From an uncultured Candidatus Saccharibacteria bacterium (GTDB lineage: Bacteria; Patescibacteriota; Minisyncoccia; Minisyncoccales; CG1-02-41-26): a DNA stretch of 64,000 bases. Below the pieces are notes generated by a model. The model did not search any database. It saw nothing but the letters and a program-made list of their open reading frames with translations, and was not told the origin of the DNA. Of this stretch, positions 27,998-37,336 are shown piece by piece. A program made the position numbers and the translations under genes. The DNA lies in contig CAZLUG010000002.1 of the NCBI GenBank assembly GCA_964562675.1, forward strand, positions 5,852 through 69,851. Direction: 5' to 3'. Every line of letters begins with the position of its first letter. Positions within the stretch are counted from its first letter, which is position 1.

Positions 27998-28581
27998 TCT
28001 TTTTGAAGGGAGAAAAATGTTTTTCTTCTAAATGTCCAATGATTAAGAAACCTTATCCTCCTGGGAAAACAACTCAAAAAAGGAGAAGACGTTTATCTGA
28101 ATACGGAGTAGAATTTGCCGAAAAACAGAAGCTAAAGAACTGGTATAATCTTTCAGAGCATCAGTTTTATCAATACGTCTCTAAGGCTTTATCAGAAAGG
28201 AAAAAAGCTGAAGAAACTCCCTTAGAGCTCTTAAATTTATTAGAGAGGCGGTTTGACAATGTGGTTTTCAGATTGGGTTTTGCAGCTTCAAAAAAGGAGG
28301 CGCGCCAACTTGTTTCTCACGGGTTTTTTTTCGTGAATGGCAAAAAAGTCAATATTCCTTCGTTCCAGCTTAAAAAGGGTGATGTTGTATCTTTAGCGGC
28401 AAGCAAAGCAAAGAAAGAAAAAACTAAAGTTTTTAGCCTTCGTTTAAAGAAAGCTCAGCCTCCTGCTTGGTTGAAGTTGTTGAAAGAAAAAATGGAAGGG
28501 AAAGTTTTAAGAGATCTTAATTTAAGCGACTTGAGTTTTCCGGCTGAGATTTCTTCAATTTTTGAGTTTTATTCACGATAA
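27952..28581 (+). CDS. rpsD: 30S ribosomal protein S4
   Basis: The uS4 N-terminal zinc finger is [23 protein letters not shown] and the S4 RNA-binding domain is [38 protein letters not shown]. Confidence 0.93.
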   Translation: [209 protein letters not shown]

Positions 28582-28626
28582 TTGATTAAGTCGAAAATTT
28601 AAAATGCCCATTTTTGGGAAAAATAT

Positions 28627-29577
28627 ATGATTCCTTTACCATCTCAAATAAAAGTCACTAATCAAGCAAAAAACAAGGCGAATTTTGAAATATCGGGATT
28701 ATATCCCGGCTACGGCATCACGATTGGTAATACCTTAAGAAGAGTACTCCTTTCTTCTTTAGAGGGTGCAGCTATTACACAGTTTAAAATTAAAGGAGTC
28801 ACTCAGGAATTATCTACTTTGCCCGGCGTTTTAGAGGATACTATCTTTATCATTTTAAACCTTAAAAGATTACGTTTTAGAAGTTATAGCCAACAGCCCC
28901 AAAAAGCTACTTTGGATGTACGAGGAGCAAAGGTTGTATGTGGCAAAGATCTCAAATTACCACCTGATCTGCAAATAGTAAATCCCGAAGAAAAAATAGC
29001 CACTCTCACTGCCAAATCTTCTCATTTAGAAATGGAAGTTCAGGTTGAAAAGGGAGTAGGATACAATTCTGTAGAAAAGAGACCGGAAGATAAAAAAACT
29101 ATAGGCACAATTCCCATAGATGCTATTTTTACGCCCGTTAAAAAAGTGAGTTTCCGAGTGGATAATATGATGGTTGGCAAAAGAACTGATTTTGATAAAC
29201 TGCAGATTGCAATTGAGACAGATGGCACCCTGACTCCTCGAGCCGCTTTGCAGCAAGCGATAGATCTTCTCATCAAACATTTTTCTGACCTCAATGACCT
29301 TTTAAGCAAAGGAAACGAGCAAAAGGAGTCTTCAAAAAAGAGTATTAAGCCAAAAAGCTCAAAAAAGGAAGAAACAAAAGCCGAGGAACCACAAAATATT
29401 GAGAACCTAAAAATTTCTCAGAGAATTAAAAACGCTTTACTGAATAATAACATTAAGACCGTTAATGGTTTACTTCGCAAGCCCGAAAAAACGATTTTGG
29501 GCTTAGAAGGAATGGGAACAAAAAGCGTGCGAGAACTTAAGAAAGCTCTCAAGAAATTAGGTTTAGAGCTAAAATAG
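28627..29577 (+). CDS. rpoA: DNA-directed RNA polymerase subunit alpha
   Basis: 316 aa with N-terminal dimerisation domain (NTLRRVLLSSLEGAAI) and a C-terminal alpha-CTD HhH after a K/E-rich linker. Confidence 0.93.
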   Translation: MIPLPSQIKVTNQAKNKANFEISGLYPGYGITIGNTLRRVLLSSLEGAAITQFKIKGVTQELSTLPGVLEDTIFIILNLKRLRFRSYSQQPQKATLDVRGAKVVCGKDLKLPPDLQIVNPEEKIATLTAKSSHLEMEVQVEKGVGYNSVEKRPEDKKTIGTIPIDAIFTPVKKVSFRVDNMMVGKRTDFDKLQIAIETDGTLTPRAALQQAIDLLIKHFSDLNDLLSKGNEQKESSKKSIKPKSSKKEETKAEEPQNIENLKISQRIKNALLNNNIKTVNGLLRKPEKTILGLEGMGTKSVRELKKALKKLGLELK

Positions 29578-29581
29578 TCTT

Positions 29582-29932
29582 ATGCGGCATCTTAAAAAAG
29601 GACGAAAATTTTCAATGAAAGCTGCTCCAAGAAAAGCCTTATTAATTTCACTAGCAAGTGAGATTGTTTTGCGGGGGAAAATTAAGACTACTCATGCCAA
29701 AGCCAAAGAAGTTTCTTCTTACTTAGAAAAGTTTTTGACCAAAGCCAAAAAAGGAGATTTAGCCTCTCGAAGAATGATTAATCGTTATTTTTCTAAAAAA
29801 ACTACAAAAAAAATGATTGAAGAAATCGCTCCTAAAATACAAACTCGGAAAGGAGGTTATACAAGAGTTATTAAACTTGGTCCTCGGAAAGGAGATGGGG
29901 CAAAGATGGCGGTTATAGAGCTTGTGAAATAA
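29582..29932 (+). CDS. rplQ: 50S ribosomal protein L17
   Basis: bL17 pattern: MRHLKKGRKFSMKAAPRKALLISLASEIVLRGKIKTTHAKAKEV...GGYTRVIKLGPRKGDGAKMAVIELV. Confidence 0.93.
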   Translation: MRHLKKGRKFSMKAAPRKALLISLASEIVLRGKIKTTHAKAKEVSSYLEKFLTKAKKGDLASRRMINRYFSKKTTKKMIEEIAPKIQTRKGGYTRVIKLGPRKGDGAKMAVIELVK

Positions 29933-29948
29933 TTAATAAATAGATTTT

Positions 29949-30296
29949 ATGCAGCGTAAAACTTATACAATTGATGCTCAAAACAAATCTTTAGGTCGAA
30001 TAGCAGTCGAGGCGGCCAGGATTCTGAGAGGGAAACATAAGCCGGATTTTGAACCTTCTCAAGACAAAGGGGATTTTGTTTTAGTAAAGAATATTAAGAA
30101 AATTAAGCTGACTGGCCGTAAATTCGAAAAGAAGGTTTACCAGCATCATACTGGTTTCCCTGGTGGTTTAAAAAAGAAAGCCGTTGCTGAAGTTTTTCAA
30201 CAAAGTCCCGGAACTGTTTTACGCAAAGCGGTTTTTGGTATGTTGCCGAAAAATAAGTTGAGGCAAATAATGATTAAACGCTTAAAAACAAATTAA
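29949..30296 (+). CDS. rplM: 50S ribosomal protein L13
   Basis: uL13 pattern: KTYTIDAQNKSLGRIAVEAARILRGKHKPDFEPSQDKGDFVLVKN...VFGMLPKNKL. Confidence 0.93.
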   Translation: MQRKTYTIDAQNKSLGRIAVEAARILRGKHKPDFEPSQDKGDFVLVKNIKKIKLTGRKFEKKVYQHHTGFPGGLKKKAVAEVFQQSPGTVLRKAVFGMLPKNKLRQIMIKRLKTN

Positions 30297-30297
30297 G

Positions 30298-30876
30298 TTG
30301 TCTCATTATCTAAACGTTTTAGAATTTATGGAAAAATCAACGAAAAAAAAGAAAATTCCAGTTGTCTCAAGCAAAACAACTAAAACAACCAAGGCAGTGA
30401 AGATAGACAAGATAGTGAAATCTACTAAATTATCATCACCTAAATCTTCTTCCACTAATAAAAAGCCTGAAAAGAAAATCGAAAAAGAGAAATATTTTGA
30501 GTCGGTAGGGCGCAGGAAAAGCAGTCGAGCACGGATACGCCTTTTTACCCAGGGAGAAAAAGACATTGAAGTCAATAATAAACCTTTAGTTACTTATTTT
30601 CCTACCGAAGAGCTTCAAAAGATTGTTAGAGCACCTCTTGATATTATTAAAAGCTCGGATAAATTTAGAATCCAAATAAAGGTTAGGGGCGGAGGTGTCC
30701 ATTCTCAGGCAGAGGCGATGCGGCATGGCATTGCGAGAGCTTTAGTTGTTTTAAATCCTTATTTTCGTAAGAGACTGAAAAAAGCAGGGTATCTGACCCG
30801 TGATGCCAGAGTAAGAGAACGAAAGAAATTTGGTTTGAAAAGAGCCCGCCGAGCCCCGCAGTGGTCAAAGAGATAG
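30298..30876 (+). CDS. rpsI: 30S ribosomal protein S9 (with ~60-aa K/S/T-rich N-terminal extension)
   Basis: The uS9 core is YFESVGRRKSSRARIRLF...GGGVHSQAEAMRHGIARAL...KKFGLKRARRAPQWSKR. The start could instead be an internal Met. Confidence 0.9.
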   Translation: MSHYLNVLEFMEKSTKKKKIPVVSSKTTKTTKAVKIDKIVKSTKLSSPKSSSTNKKPEKKIEKEKYFESVGRRKSSRARIRLFTQGEKDIEVNNKPLVTYFPTEELQKIVRAPLDIIKSSDKFRIQIKVRGGGVHSQAEAMRHGIARALVVLNPYFRKRLKKAGYLTRDARVRERKKFGLKRARRAPQWSKR

Positions 30877-30927
30877 AAAATAAAAAAAGAGCAGTTTTTA
30901 AGACTTGCTCAGGTCTATAGAAAGAAA

Positions 30928-31128
30928 TTAGTCGGGAGATTTCTCTTTCGTTTCGTAAAGGAACAAAATTGTTCTGCTACTATTTGATATTGCAACTCTT
31001 ACGTCTATGATTTCAATGACATTCTTAGTAAATGCTAGCCACTTGTTGATTTTTTCTTCTCTTGCTTGATCGTCCTTATCATTAAACGCTAGCGATGTGC
31101 AATCTGAAAAAAGTTTAACAAGTTTCAT
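30928..31128 (-). CDS. small hypothetical ORF (doubtful)
   Basis: A 66-aa ORF from internal Met MKLVKLFSDCTSLAF..., convergent with rpsI. It has no recognisable domain and partially overlaps the leader of the next gene. It may be spurious. Confidence 0.15.
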   Translation of the reverse strand: MKLVKLFSDCTSLAFNDKDDQAREEKINKWLAFTKNVIEIIDVRVAISNSSRTILFLYETKEKSPD

Positions 31129-31189
31129 TCTTATCCCTCCTTTCAATAAAGTATTTATAGAATACAATATAATCGTTTATTTTTCAATT

Positions 31190-31873
31190 ATGCTCAGGGA
31201 ACTCATTGACCAATTTTATCTAGACCGGGAAAAACCTCGAGAGCAAACCCATTTTTATATTACCGATGCGGGAAAATGCCCTCGGGCCATTTTTTTTAAG
31301 TTCAAACAAGCCCCAAGAGCTCAATTAAACCCGCGTATTTTGCGAGTTTTTGACCATGGTGATTACATTCATCGCTTTATTTTACGTCCGCTTTTTACGT
31401 TAGGATTAGTGAGAGCTTCAGAAATTAATATCCCTCCTCAAGAGCTTATCGGCGGGAGAGCAGATGCTATTTTGACTTTAGAAGACGAACTTTATGTTTT
31501 AGACATCAAGAGTATGAATAGTATGATTTTTCACCGGTTGGCTGAACCAAAACCAGAGAATGTTGACCAAATTCAACTTTATCTGCACTTTTTCAAAATT
31601 AGAAAAGGACTTTTACTTTATGTCAATAAAGACACCCAAGAACTTAAGGAATTTTTAGTTAATTACGATCCTGAACTTTGTGAAAAACTTTTAAAGAATT
31701 TACGTCTTCTCAAAGAAAAAATTGACCAGAATATTATTCCTGAACCATTATCTGATTGGCCGCATAATTGGCAGTGCCGTTATTGCCAATTTAAGACAAT
31801 TTGTTCTAAAATCGGCCGAAAAGAAATGAAGTGGGATATCTTTAAACAACAGATGGAAGCTCATAAACAATAG
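31190..31873 (+). CDS. Cas4-like PD-(D/E)xK nuclease with 4-Cys (Fe-S) cluster motif, stand-alone
   Basis: Preferred start is MLRELIDQ (ATG 31190). It has an N-terminal Cys (GKCPR), a RecB-type core GRADAILTLEDELYVLDIKS (D...E-x-K), a QLYLHF (QxxxY) motif, and C-terminal CRYCQFKTIC (C-x2-C-x5-C). No cas genes or CRISPR array lie nearby. Confidence 0.6.
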   Translation: MLRELIDQFYLDREKPREQTHFYITDAGKCPRAIFFKFKQAPRAQLNPRILRVFDHGDYIHRFILRPLFTLGLVRASEINIPPQELIGGRADAILTLEDELYVLDIKSMNSMIFHRLAEPKPENVDQIQLYLHFFKIRKGLLLYVNKDTQELKEFLVNYDPELCEKLLKNLRLLKEKIDQNIIPEPLSDWPHNWQCRYCQFKTICSKIGRKEMKWDIFKQQMEAHKQ

Positions 31874-31880
31874 CCTGGCT

Positions 31881-33299
31881 TTAAAGAAAATTACTGAGGA
31901 GCATTAAGGCATTTTTACCAATAAAATAAATTCTTCCATCGCTCTGCAATTTTTCAACCAAAAGAAGCTTTGAAACCAAGGGAGTTTTAAGGGGAAAGAT
32001 GTTTAAACTGGCGGTCGGATCAATCTCGGTTATTTTGATTTCTCCGGCAATGTTCAGAACTAAATAATCATTATTTAACCAATGGCATTGTTTAATTTCT
32101 CCGGAAAAGCGATTTAAAAAGTAAGATTGGCCTTGGTTGTAAATAAAAATTTCATTCTTATTTAGAATAGCCATTTTACTGCCGTCGGGAGAAAGGATGA
32201 TTTCTCTTACTGGTTTTATTAATTCTTTAAAATTTCCTTTTTGGGTAAGATAATAAAGAGTTTGATTAGTCTTAAGAAATACCCCTAGTTTGTTTGCCCA
32301 AAAAGTGTAGTTTTGGGTCGGCTTAATAGAAATTGGTTTAAGGTTGAAGGCTTCTTTTATTTTCCCATTACTGTCGATATTGAGCAAGAAGCCTGAATTT
32401 GTCAAAACAATTATTTTATCTCCTTGGATTTGAAAAGTCGCTAAATTGTTTAATAGCGGTGAGGGCTTAAAAACTTTTTGGCCTAAAAAAACTGAAAAAA
32501 GAGTATTATTTTGCAAATAAAAAAGTTTGTCTTCCGTTGGAAAGAATTCAATATTTCGATATCCGTCTTTGAGAAAATTTAGAGGTTTTAAAGAAATCTT
32601 TCCAGATTTATAATCTCCCAGAAATTCTGTCGGAGATTTTTTTGAAACAAGGGAAAAGATAATTTCTTTTTGATTTTTGTTCCATTTGATTGGTAAAAGA
32701 TTTTTAAGTTTTAAAGTTTTTTGAAAGCCAAGAGAAGTTATTTGATTACTAGTGCCCGGAGAAACAATCTCTAGTTTTTGATTTGGATTATTTTGATTTA
32801 AGTTTACTGCCTGATCTGACTTTGAACTTGTAGTGAATTCTTCGCACAATAGTTCTTGATTATCCCTCGAAACTAGGCAGTTTGATATTTTATTAGCTAA
32901 AATAAGTAGTTGATTAGTGCGCTTAACTAAAAGGACATTAGAGAATTCACTGACTTTATTTTCTTTTACTTTGACAATTTTTTTCCAGGTAAAATAATTT
33001 GGTTTTTTTACCTCGAGCATATATTTTTTTGGCAATAAATTTGTAATGAGAAAAGGGGGAAATAAGTTTTTGACGAGGTAATTATTGGAAAAAGAGGAAA
33101 ATTGTTTTTGAAATTTTCCATCAAGATAAATTTTGGCCGGCGCATTTTTGATTCTAATCGAAATACTACCCGTTTTAAGAAAGCTTTTTTTTACCGGGTC
33201 AAATCTATAACCTTGAGAATAAAATAAAGTATAGATAGCCAAAAGGACAAAGGCAACCACGAAAAAAATAAATATAACTAAACGAATTTTTTTATTCAT
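31881..33299 (-). CDS. hypothetical membrane-anchored protein with PEGA-like domain and large beta-rich ectodomain
   Basis: N-terminal signal anchor IRLVIFIFFVVAFVLLAIYTLF. A PEGA-like segment SISIRIKNAPAKIYLDGKF follows. The ~350-aa N/K/F-rich remainder is predicted beta-rich. Confidence 0.5.
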   Translation of the reverse strand: MNKKIRLVIFIFFVVAFVLLAIYTLFYSQGYRFDPVKKSFLKTGSISIRIKNAPAKIYLDGKFQKQFSSFSNNYLVKNLFPPFLITNLLPKKYMLEVKKPNYFTWKKIVKVKENKVSEFSNVLLVKRTNQLLILANKISNCLVSRDNQELLCEEFTTSSKSDQAVNLNQNNPNQKLEIVSPGTSNQITSLGFQKTLKLKNLLPIKWNKNQKEIIFSLVSKKSPTEFLGDYKSGKISLKPLNFLKDGYRNIEFFPTEDKLFYLQNNTLFSVFLGQKVFKPSPLLNNLATFQIQGDKIIVLTNSGFLLNIDSNGKIKEAFNLKPISIKPTQNYTFWANKLGVFLKTNQTLYYLTQKGNFKELIKPVREIILSPDGSKMAILNKNEIFIYNQGQSYFLNRFSGEIKQCHWLNNDYLVLNIAGEIKITEIDPTASLNIFPLKTPLVSKLLLVEKLQSDGRIYFIGKNALMLLSNFL

Positions 33300-33378
33300 A
33301 TTAATCTATTTATTCTAGTAAAATTAGAGTATATTTGCAAAAAAAGGGGATTTAAGCTAAAATTAAAAATCATTAAAT

Positions 33379-34653
33379 ATGGCAGAAAGATTTATTATCA
33401 GAGGCCAAAAGCCCCTTCAAGGGACAGTAGAGATCAGCGGCTCAAAAAATGCATCAGGAGCCTTATTAGCTGCTACTCTTCTTACTAAAGAAGCATGTAT
33501 TTTAGAAAACTTGCCTCGCGTTACTGATATTTTAAACTTTCTAAAAATTATCCAAGGAATGGGAGGGACGGTGGAATGGCTTAACGAGCACACTGCCAGG
33601 ATTCAGAATAATAATCTTGACCCAAGTAAATTAGATTTTGGCTTAGTCTCCCGAGCAAGGCTTCCTGTCCTGCTTATGGGGGCTCTCTCGGCTCGATTCC
33701 CGTCATTTAAGATAACTAGGCCGGGAGGAGACCGTATAGGGCTTAGACCTATTACAACGCATCTTAAAGCTTTCAAGAATTTAGGCATCGAAATTACTCA
33801 GTCGGGAGATTTTTACATCCTAGCAAAAAAGGGAGTTCCAGAAAAAGACATTACACTTTCAGAATTTAGTGTTACAGCGACTGAGAATATATTACTTGCG
33901 ACCTCGCTAACCCCCGGGCAAAAAACGATTATTAAAGGAGCAGCCTGTGAGCCAGAAATTCAAAATTTAGCTGAGATGTTAACCAAAATGGGGGCAAGCA
34001 CAAAATTAGTTGGCCAGCATGCATTTTCGGTTGATGGGCAAAGTAAACTTAGGGGAGTAAAACAAGCTGTTATTCCTGATAGAATTGAAGCAGGCACATT
34101 TATAATCGCAACAGCTTTCACGGGAGGGAAAGTAAATATCAAAAAACTTCGTGTAGAGCACCTTGACGTTTTTTTAGAAAAACTTCTCGAAATCGGGGTG
34201 CGATTTAAAGTAGACAAAGAGAAAGAAGAGATAACGATTTATCCTTCTTTGGATTCTCTGCGCGGCAGTAAAGTCCAAGCTTTGCCTTATCCAGGTTTCC
34301 CCACCGATTTACTTCCTCTCATTGTACCTCTTCTTACCCAGGCAAAAGGAAAGAGCTTGATTCACGACCCTTTATATGAGAATCGGTTAAATTATACCCA
34401 GGAGTTAAGAAAGATGGGAGCTGATATAGAAATTGTTGATCCTCACCGAGCTTTTGTTTTTGGTAAAACAAATCTAACGGGTGTGAACATTGAATCTTGG
34501 GATATTAGAGCAGGAGCGTCTTTGGTTGTAGCGGGACTCAAAGCAGAAGGGGTGTCAACTATTGAAAATATCTATCAAATCGACCGAGGATATGAACAAA
34601 TAGAAAAAAAACTTCAGAAATTAGGAGTAAATATTAAACGAGTTAATTCTTAA
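33379..34653 (+). CDS. murA: UDP-N-acetylglucosamine 1-carboxyvinyltransferase
   Basis: EPSP-synthase fold. The MurA N-terminus is FIIRGQKPLQGTVEISGSKNASGALLAATLL; the motif KLRGV and the active-site region are present. Confidence 0.95.
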   Translation: MAERFIIRGQKPLQGTVEISGSKNASGALLAATLLTKEACILENLPRVTDILNFLKIIQGMGGTVEWLNEHTARIQNNNLDPSKLDFGLVSRARLPVLLMGALSARFPSFKITRPGGDRIGLRPITTHLKAFKNLGIEITQSGDFYILAKKGVPEKDITLSEFSVTATENILLATSLTPGQKTIIKGAACEPEIQNLAEMLTKMGASTKLVGQHAFSVDGQSKLRGVKQAVIPDRIEAGTFIIATAFTGGKVNIKKLRVEHLDVFLEKLLEIGVRFKVDKEKEEITIYPSLDSLRGSKVQALPYPGFPTDLLPLIVPLLTQAKGKSLIHDPLYENRLNYTQELRKMGADIEIVDPHRAFVFGKTNLTGVNIESWDIRAGASLVVAGLKAEGVSTIENIYQIDRGYEQIEKKLQKLGVNIKRVNS

Positions 34654-34690
34654 CTTACCGAAACTAAACAGATTATTTTTTTTCTTTATT

Positions 34691-35698
34691 ATGTTTGTCA
34701 ATAAAATTGCAATTGATTTAGGAACCTGCAACTCACTGGTTTTTGTGCCAAAAAAGGGGATTATTTTAAACGAGCCGTCAGTGGTAGCTGTTTTGCAGCC
34801 GGAAAATAAAATTTTGGCGGTCGGCAAAGAGGCAAAAACAATGATTGGCCGAACGCCCGATTCTATCAGGGTTTACCGGCCGTTGAAGGATGGTGTTATA
34901 GCTGATTACCGAGTTACTCAGGTAATGTTGCGTTATTTTATTAAAAAAGCAAGGGGGAGTTTTGCTTTTCTTAAACCAGAAGTGGTTGTATCTGTCCCGG
35001 TGGGTAGCACTTCTACCGAAAGGCGAGCCGTCATAGAAGCAGCCTTGCATGCTAATGCCAGAATGGCTTTTGTGGCCAAGGAGCCTCTTTTAGCTGCTAT
35101 TGGAGCGGGAATTCCTATTAATGCTTGCCAAGGAAATATGATTGTTAATATTGGCGGGGGAACCTCAGAAATTGCAGTGATTTCTTTGGGTGGAATTGTC
35201 ACCGCGAGTTCCGTCAGAGTGGGAGGAGATAAAATTGACGAAGCAATAGGGGAATACATTAAGAAGAAGTACAATTTAGCAATTGGGACACAAACCGCTG
35301 AAGAGATAAAGATAAAAATAGGAACGGCTATCCCTAAAAGGAAGGAAAATACAATTGAAGTGAGAGGACGTGACTTAGTTTCTGGATTGCCGCGGAATAT
35401 TAAAGTAAGTTCTAATGAGATAGCCGGTGCTATTAAAGACGTTCTCCAAGAAATTATTAGTGTAATCAAGCAAGTTCTCAGAGATACTCCTCCCGAGCTT
35501 TCAGCCGATATTATGAATAAAGGCATTATTGTTTCTGGGGGAGGGGCGTTGTTAAGAAATATAGATGAATTGATAGCTCGTAGCACAAGCGTTCCTTGTT
35601 TCGTAGCAGAAGAACCCCTTTATTGCGTCGTTAAAGGCACGGGTGTGGTTATTGAACACCTCGACACCTATAAGAGAAGCCTCATGAGTAAAAAGTAG
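34691..35698 (+). CDS. mreB: rod shape-determining protein MreB
   Basis: Actin fold: IAIDLGTCNSLVFV, NEPSVVAV, DIGGGTSEIAVISLGGIV and the IVSGGGALLRNIDELI C-terminal block. Confidence 0.95.
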   Translation: MFVNKIAIDLGTCNSLVFVPKKGIILNEPSVVAVLQPENKILAVGKEAKTMIGRTPDSIRVYRPLKDGVIADYRVTQVMLRYFIKKARGSFAFLKPEVVVSVPVGSTSTERRAVIEAALHANARMAFVAKEPLLAAIGAGIPINACQGNMIVNIGGGTSEIAVISLGGIVTASSVRVGGDKIDEAIGEYIKKKYNLAIGTQTAEEIKIKIGTAIPKRKENTIEVRGRDLVSGLPRNIKVSSNEIAGAIKDVLQEIISVIKQVLRDTPPELSADIMNKGIIVSGGGALLRNIDELIARSTSVPCFVAEEPLYCVVKGTGVVIEHLDTYKRSLMSKK

Positions 35699-35710
35699 GT
35701 TAAAAATTAA

Positions 35711-36709
35711 ATGGAGTTAATTGGCTATCAAAATCAATGGGAATTTCTTTCGAGAGAAGTCCGTAACTTAAGAGTTTCTCAGGCTTATCTTTTTTCAGGA
35801 CCGGCTGAAATAGGAAAGAGAAAAATGGCCTTGGAATTGTTAAAACTATTAAATACCAACGTTCGCGGTTTTAATCAGGCTTTTTCTCGAATTTTCCGTG
35901 AGACAGGGATGATTGAGAAGAATATTTTTCCGGATTTATATTTTGTTCAACCCCAGAATCAGGATAATTCGACCCAGGTAAAAATAAGAGGGAAAGATAT
36001 TAGCATTACTCAGATTAGAAATCTTAGAGATTTTTTAAGGTTTAAAGCTCAAATATCCCGTTTCAAAATGGCTATCGTAGATAATGCAGAGAGAATGACA
36101 ATAGATGCTCAAAACAGTCTTTTAAAAACCTTAGAGGAACCAAAAGAGCAGACAATTTTAGTGCTTATCACTTCGCAAGAAAACAGCTTGTTGGCTACGG
36201 TGCGCTCGCGAACTCGGATTTTAAGATTTTCACCGCTCTCTTCGTTAACAATGGAAAAAGCTTTCCAGGGAAAAATCTCTCCTGAAAAACTTCAAGACTT
36301 GATTTTTCTTGCTCAAGGCCGGCCTGGGCGAGCTATAAAGTTGCTTAAAAATCCAAAGCAGTTTCAAGCCGAAGTAGAAATGATTAAAACTTTTCCTAAA
36401 TTGTTTAGCAGTCCTTACTTAATACGCTTTCAGTTTGTTAAAGATTTATTGAAAGAAAACTCAAAATTTCCTGCTCCTAAAGAGTTTTTAGATATTTGTT
36501 TAATCTATTTCCGTTGGATTTTGCTAAAAGAGATTGGGTTGGGCCAAAATATTCCTTCTACTTTGGTTAAGAATTCTTATCTTTTAGGCAATTTAAACTT
36601 GGAACAGGTAAAAAAAATTATTGAATTTTTAGAAAAATTAAAAGTTTTATTGGCTAAAACAAATTTAAATTCAAAATTAGCCTTAGAAACATTTATGACT
36701 TATGTTTGA
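35711..36709 (+). CDS. holB: DNA polymerase III delta-prime-like clamp-loader subunit
   Basis: AAA+-like N-terminus: QAYLFSGPAEIGKRKMALEL. It has the clamp-loader SRT-like motif (TVRSRTRILRF) and the ~330-aa size. Confidence 0.7.
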   Translation: MELIGYQNQWEFLSREVRNLRVSQAYLFSGPAEIGKRKMALELLKLLNTNVRGFNQAFSRIFRETGMIEKNIFPDLYFVQPQNQDNSTQVKIRGKDISITQIRNLRDFLRFKAQISRFKMAIVDNAERMTIDAQNSLLKTLEEPKEQTILVLITSQENSLLATVRSRTRILRFSPLSSLTMEKAFQGKISPEKLQDLIFLAQGRPGRAIKLLKNPKQFQAEVEMIKTFPKLFSSPYLIRFQFVKDLLKENSKFPAPKEFLDICLIYFRWILLKEIGLGQNIPSTLVKNSYLLGNLNLEQVKKIIEFLEKLKVLLAKTNLNSKLALETFMTYV

Positions 36710-37256
36710 TAAAAATCTTGAAAAAATAAAAATAGAAGTTGAAGAAAAAATATCTAAATTTAAAGAAGCAATTGTTAAAATTAGAACTTCAAGAATTTCT
36801 CCTTCTTTGGTTGAAAATATCAAAGTAGATTGTTTTGGCAAAGATTTACCATTAAAAACTTTAGCTTCTATTTCCTCCCCGATGCCCAGAGAATTGCTTT
36901 TACAGCCTTGGGATAAAATATATCTTGAATCTATAGAAAAAGCTATTCAAAGATCGGGATTAGGACTTACGCCGATTTTAGATAAGGATAAAATTCGTTT
37001 AATGGCGCCTGTTTTAAACGCTGAATACCGAGAAGATTTGCTTAAACTTCTTGGCCAAGAAAAGGAGCTTGCCCGGGAGAATATTAGGCGTTTGCGGGAA
37101 TCAGCCTGGCGAGGCATACAAGATAGTTTCCAGAAAAAAGAGATTAGTGAGGACGAAAAATTTAAAGCGAAAGATAAACTTCAAGAGATTATTGATAAAG
37201 CTAATAAAAAAATCCAAGAAATTTCCCAAGCTAAGGAAAAAGAAATTGTTGTCTAA
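36702..37256 (+). CDS. frr: ribosome recycling factor
   Basis: RRF pattern: KFKEAIVKIRTSRISPSLVENIKVDCFGKDLPLKTLASISSP...LTPILDKDKIRLMAPVLNAEYRED. Confidence 0.93.
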   Translation: MFDKNLEKIKIEVEEKISKFKEAIVKIRTSRISPSLVENIKVDCFGKDLPLKTLASISSPMPRELLLQPWDKIYLESIEKAIQRSGLGLTPILDKDKIRLMAPVLNAEYREDLLKLLGQEKELARENIRRLRESAWRGIQDSFQKKEISEDEKFKAKDKLQEIIDKANKKIQEISQAKEKEIVV

Positions 37257-37336
37257 AACCATTATTTCTAAATTTTTATTTCCCAAGGATAAATCCTTAT
37301 TATCCGTAAAATTATATTTCGGTTATTTTTAAATTT

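Noticed and set aside
37051-37332. K-rich 93-aa + strand ORF overlapping the 3' end of frr
   Set aside because: Alternative frame of frr with polylysine-like composition from the A-rich sequence. No independent start signal.
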